Below the pieces are notes generated by a model. That model was not told the DNA's origin. It made no database searches and was given only the letters and a program-made list of their open reading frames with translations. Positions 60,870 through 64,000 of a DNA stretch of 64,000 bases are shown piece by piece. The DNA lies in assembly GCA_963720345.1 (NCBI GenBank), contig CAVRFN010000043.1, positions 58,658-122,657 of the forward strand, written 5' to 3'. The DNA is from an uncultured Actinomycetota bacterium. GTDB lineage: Bacteria; Actinomycetota; Actinomycetes; Mycobacteriales; Mycobacteriaceae. The position numbers were made by a program, and so were the translations under genes. Each line of letters starts with the position of its first letter. Within the stretch, counting starts at the first letter, position 1.

Positions 60870-61684
60870 CCGCTCTCGAAACGCCGGCGATCGACTGCCG
60901 CAATCTGTGCCACTCCTATGGCCGTTTCACGGCTGTCGACGATTTCAGCCTCCAGGTCGCGGCGGGCGAAACAGTGGGCCTGCTCGGGCCCAACGGTGCG
61001 GGCAAGACGACAGTCGTGAAGGTGCTGACGACCTTGACGCCGGTGCAAGGCGGCCACGTCGAGATCTTCGGCATGGATTCACGGCGCCGCACGATGGATA
61101 TCCGGCACAACATCGGCTATGTGCCGCAACAGCTTTCGATTGAGTCGGCGCTGACCGGACGGCAGAACGTCGAGCTGTTCGCACGGCTTTACGACGTCCC
61201 ACGCCATGAACGCAGGCGCAGGGTGGACGACGCGCTCGAGGCGATGAGTCTGCTCGACGTCGCGGATGGGTTGGCCAGCACCTACTCCGGCGGCATGGTG
61301 CGGCGCCTGGAACTGGCCCAGGCCCTGGTGAATCGGCCGTCGCTGCTGCTGCTCGATGAGCCGACGGTCGGACTCGACCCGATCGCCCGCGATGGTGTCT
61401 GGGCGCAGGTCCAACGCATGCAGCAGGAGTTCGGCATGACGGTCCTGTTGACCACGCACTACATGGAGGAAGCTGACGCGCTTTGCGACCGTGTTGCGCT
61501 GATGCATCACGGTCGATTGCAGGCTGTCGGTTCACCGGCCGAGCTGAAGCAGACCGTCTCGCCGCAAGCGACTCTGGAGGATGTGTTCCGGCGTTATGCG
61601 GGAGCGGATTTCGCCGAAGACGCATCCCAGACGGGAATCCGGGACGTGCGCTCGAGCCGAAGGACGGCGCGCCGTGTCAGTTGA
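60866..61684 (+). CDS. ABC transporter ATP-binding protein (DrrA-like)
   Basis: GPNGAGKTT, YSGGM, LLLDEPT, TTHYMEEA. Confidence 0.92.
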   Translation: MTALETPAIDCRNLCHSYGRFTAVDDFSLQVAAGETVGLLGPNGAGKTTVVKVLTTLTPVQGGHVEIFGMDSRRRTMDIRHNIGYVPQQLSIESALTGRQNVELFARLYDVPRHERRRRVDDALEAMSLLDVADGLASTYSGGMVRRLELAQALVNRPSLLLLDEPTVGLDPIARDGVWAQVQRMQQEFGMTVLLTTHYMEEADALCDRVALMHHGRLQAVGSPAELKQTVSPQATLEDVFRRYAGADFAEDASQTGIRDVRSSRRTARRVS

Positions 61685-62496
61685 GCCTCGTGCCGAGATA
61701 CAGCCTCGTTCGCGCACCACGCGGCTGGCGCCGGATCCGCGGCATGGCGGTGCGGGTGGGCGCCTTCGCGCTTGTCGAACTGCAGAAGCTGCGCCATGAC
61801 CGCACCGAGCTGTTCACCCGCCTGGTGCAGCCCGCACTGTGGCTGCTGATCTTCGGGCAGACGTTTTCGCATCTGAACGTCATCGACACCGGCGACGTCC
61901 CTTACCTGGCGTTCCTGGCGCCCGGCATCATCGCGCAGTCGGCGTTGTTCATCTCGATCTTCTACGGCATCCAGATCGTGTGGGACCGCGACGCCGGAAT
62001 GCTCGCCAAGTTGATGGTCACGCCTGCGCCTGCGTCGGCGCTGGTGACCGGCAAAGCCTTCGCCGCCGGAGTGCGCTCGGTCGTGCAGGTGATCGGCGTG
62101 GTGGCGCTCGCGTACCTCCTGGGCGTGCACATGACGGTCAACCCGTTGCGCATCCTCGGGGCGATGGGCGTCGTCGTGCTCGGGTCGGCGTTCTTCGCGT
62201 GTCTGTCGATATCGCTGGCAGGTCTGGTGCGTAACCGCGACCGCCTGATGGGCATCGGACAGGCGATCACGATGCCGCTGTTCTTCGCGTCCAACGCGCT
62301 GTACCCGGTGGACGTCATGCCGCAGTGGCTGCGGTGGCTGTCGACCGTCAACCCGCTCAGTTACGAGGTCAACGCGCTGCGCGGGCTGCTCATCGGCACA
62401 CCGACGAATGCCGCACTCGACATCGCGGTGCTGGTCGTGGCCGCGATCGTCGGCGTCGCCGTGGCGTCGTCTCTGCTTCGGCGACTGGTCCGCTGA
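61674..62496 (+). CDS. ABC-2 type permease; 5' end uncertain (probable frameshift)
   Basis: QPALWLLIFG, YLAFLAPG, FFASNALYP, NPLSYEVNALR. Confidence 0.88.
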
Positions 62497-62503
62497 AATG
62501 TGT

Positions 62504-62532
62504 TTGCACCTTCGTAGACAGGCGTCTAGAGT
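62504..62532 (+). promoter_or_regulatory. SigA-type promoter TTGCAC-N17-TAGAGT for a leaderless leader transcript
   Basis: Canonical 17-nt spacing; -10 lies 7 nt before GTG 62540. Confidence 0.6.
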
Positions 62533-62539
62533 CGCGAAC

Positions 62540-62581
62540 GTGCCGAGGCGACTCGTAGTAGCAACCCGCAGCGGGGTCTGA
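62540..62581 (+). CDS. Putative leader peptide MPRRLVVATRSGV
   Basis: 13-codon uORF with a Leu-Val-Val run, ending GGGGTCTGA as actinobacterial leuA leaders do (from memory). Confidence 0.6.
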   Translation: MPRRLVVATRSGV

Positions 62582-62653
62582 TCCTGACCGACCCCTCGCT
62601 GTGGGTCGTCGCTACCTCGTCGGTCACTTCCTCTCAACTGAGAAGACCGGCAC
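62566..62653 (+). promoter_or_regulatory. LEU-element-like structured attenuator RNA
   Basis: CAGCGGGGTC can pair with GACCCCTCGCTG; TGACCGAC can pair with GTCGGTCA; alternative helices just before the RBS region. Confidence 0.6.
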
Positions 62654-63156
62654 ATGACATTCGAACCCGCAATCAGTGCAGGGCCCTTAAGGGTGCAGCA
62701 TCGTTCGCGACCCACGTGAACGGACCTATGCCCCGCGGTCTGCGCGAGGAGGCCGATGCAATGTCTTTCGAAACGTTCCTCGATCAATACGCGCCAAGCA
62801 CGGGACCTCTGCGGCTGGGCCAGTGGGACTGCACCGACGCTGAGCGTCCCGCCACCCGGTTGGGTCCGCAGGCGCGCAACTACCAGGCCACGCTGGCCGT
62901 CGGAGACCGCATCAGCACGTCATCGGCCAAGGCGTCCGGACCGGTCGCCGCGCTGACGGAGATGCTCTACGAGCGGGGGATCGCGGTCGAAATGACCGCC
63001 TTTCACCAGTTGCCCGCCGGCGAGAACACCGCAACGTTCGTCCGCGGTTCCGACGGTGGGCACTCCGAGTGGGCGATGGGCCTCGCCGACGACCCGACGC
63101 AGTCGGCATTGCGTGCCGTGATCGCGTGCGCCAACCGGCTGCTGTCGGTGGCCTGA
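62654..63156 (+). CDS. Stand-alone LeuA (2-isopropylmalate synthase) C-terminal regulatory-domain-like protein; ATG 62654 needs one frameshift, otherwise GTG 62716
   Basis: ASGPVAALTEML, AFHQ, WAMG, QSALRAVIACANR resemble the LeuA allosteric domain (GPxxA, WGVG, ASLRAVVSAVNR). Confidence 0.72.
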
Positions 63157-63208
63157 TTCGCCGCTCGCGCGGCGGTTCGCGGCTGGCGGATTCACCGCTC
63201 GCGGCGGC

Positions 63209-63593
63209 CTAGCGCAGGAGCCGCGCAGCGCCCAGGCGCCGAGGACGACCGCTAGCACCGGCACGGTAGCGGGTGCGCCGGCAGGTCGAGCGCGTGAAGT
63301 CGCCGCGGTACATCGCGGCGGCACCGGCGGCGCCGTCGCCCACGTCGCAGGCCAGACCGGCAGTCGCGAATGCCCGCCGCTGCGCACCGGACGAGCACAG
63401 CGTGCCGACGCCGATGACGAGATCGCGGACACCGAAAAGCCGCCACGGGTAAGCCGACTGGGCCGTCGGTGTCCATCCCGAACACCCGTGCAGTGAGGCG
63501 GGGACTGATCCAGGGCAGCGCGCCGGCCGCGATGCGCCCGACCGCCAACGCGTCGACAATGCGGTCGGCCAATGAGTTCTGGCTGTCGGCCAT
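63209..63593 (-). CDS. Small hypothetical membrane protein, frameshifted
   Basis: LAVGRIAAG...RLFGVRDLVIG...ACDVGD pattern; ATG 2 nt after the P450 stop. Confidence 0.55.
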
Positions 63594-63595
63594 CC

Positions 63596-64000
63596 TCAGC
63601 GCAGCGGCCGCAGCACGATCGGCATGACCGTCCATCGGGACCGGCATGCCGCCGTAGTCCCAGGTGGCCTTGTAGCCGGGCTGCGGCAACTCGAGGCGGT
63701 ACTTGCGTAGCAGCCGGTGCATGATCGTCTTGACCTCGAGCTGGCCGAACGTCATGCCGATGCATTTGTGCGAGCCTCCGCCGAACGGCGTGAACGCGTA
63801 GCGGTGTTTCTTGTGCTCGTTGCGCGGTTCGGCGAACCGCTCGGGGTCGAACGTCGTACGGATCGGGGTAGAACTCCTCGAGCCGGTGGTTCATGCCCGG
63901 ATAGGCGATGACGTTGGTGCCCTTCGGAAGGTAGTAGCCGAGCAGTTCGGTGTCGCGCACGGTGCGCCGTCATCGCCCACTGCACGGGGGTCACCAGCCG
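63596..64000 (-). CDS. cyp136: Cytochrome P450 CYP136-like, 3' end only, frameshifted
   Basis: PRNEHKKHRYAFTPFGGGSHKCIGM, WDYGGMPVPMDG; neighbourhood of ligB and cstA. Confidence 0.75.

Noticed and set aside
60407-61684. MarR-ABC ATPase fusion ORF (425 aa)
   Set aside because: Single indel near 60590; the MarR C-terminal half lies in another frame and ends in a GTGA overlap with the ATPase
63157-63208. Short TTC(G/A)CCGCTCGCG repeat between convergent genes
   Set aside because: Two imperfect 13-mers, possibly a MIRU-like remnant; not enough evidence to call

Overview
GC-rich actinobacterial DNA, very likely Mycobacterium/Mycolicibacterium: the right half carries cstA, ligB and cyp136, which from memory lie near each other at M. 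tuberculosis Rv3059-Rv3063. The left ~43.5 kb is a large catabolic cluster of unknown substrate. It encodes acyl-CoA synthetases, an acyl-CoA dehydrogenase pair, an enoyl-CoA hydratase, a thiolase-like/DUF35 pair, a family III CoA-transferase, a carboxyltransferase, two P450s, a KshA-like Rieske oxygenase, a BVMO, two F420-dependent LLMs, a Mo-enzyme, CalA/CalB-like dehydrogenases and four amidohydrolase-fold proteins. A 17-bp palindrome, ACTGTAA-N3-TTACAGT, occurs four times perfectly and about five times degenerately in its promoter regions, pointing to one TetR regulon. Three of the amidohydrolase-fold proteins carry the ligand pattern of dinuclear TIM-barrel monooxygenases (PtmU3/AibH2 type). 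The right part holds cstA/ybdD, an MFS transporter, a truncated-globin/regulator module, ligB, a sulfite-oxidase-family enzyme, an FAD-oxidoreductase/TPR locus, a MarR-ABC efflux operon with a perfect operator, and a LEU-element-like leader before a stand-alone LeuA regulatory domain. Many genes have single-base frameshifts, most likely uncorrected long-read errors, so some boundaries and apparent fusions are uncertain. No tRNA, rRNA, CRISPR array or transposase was seen. All calls come from motif recognition by eye; no database searches were run.
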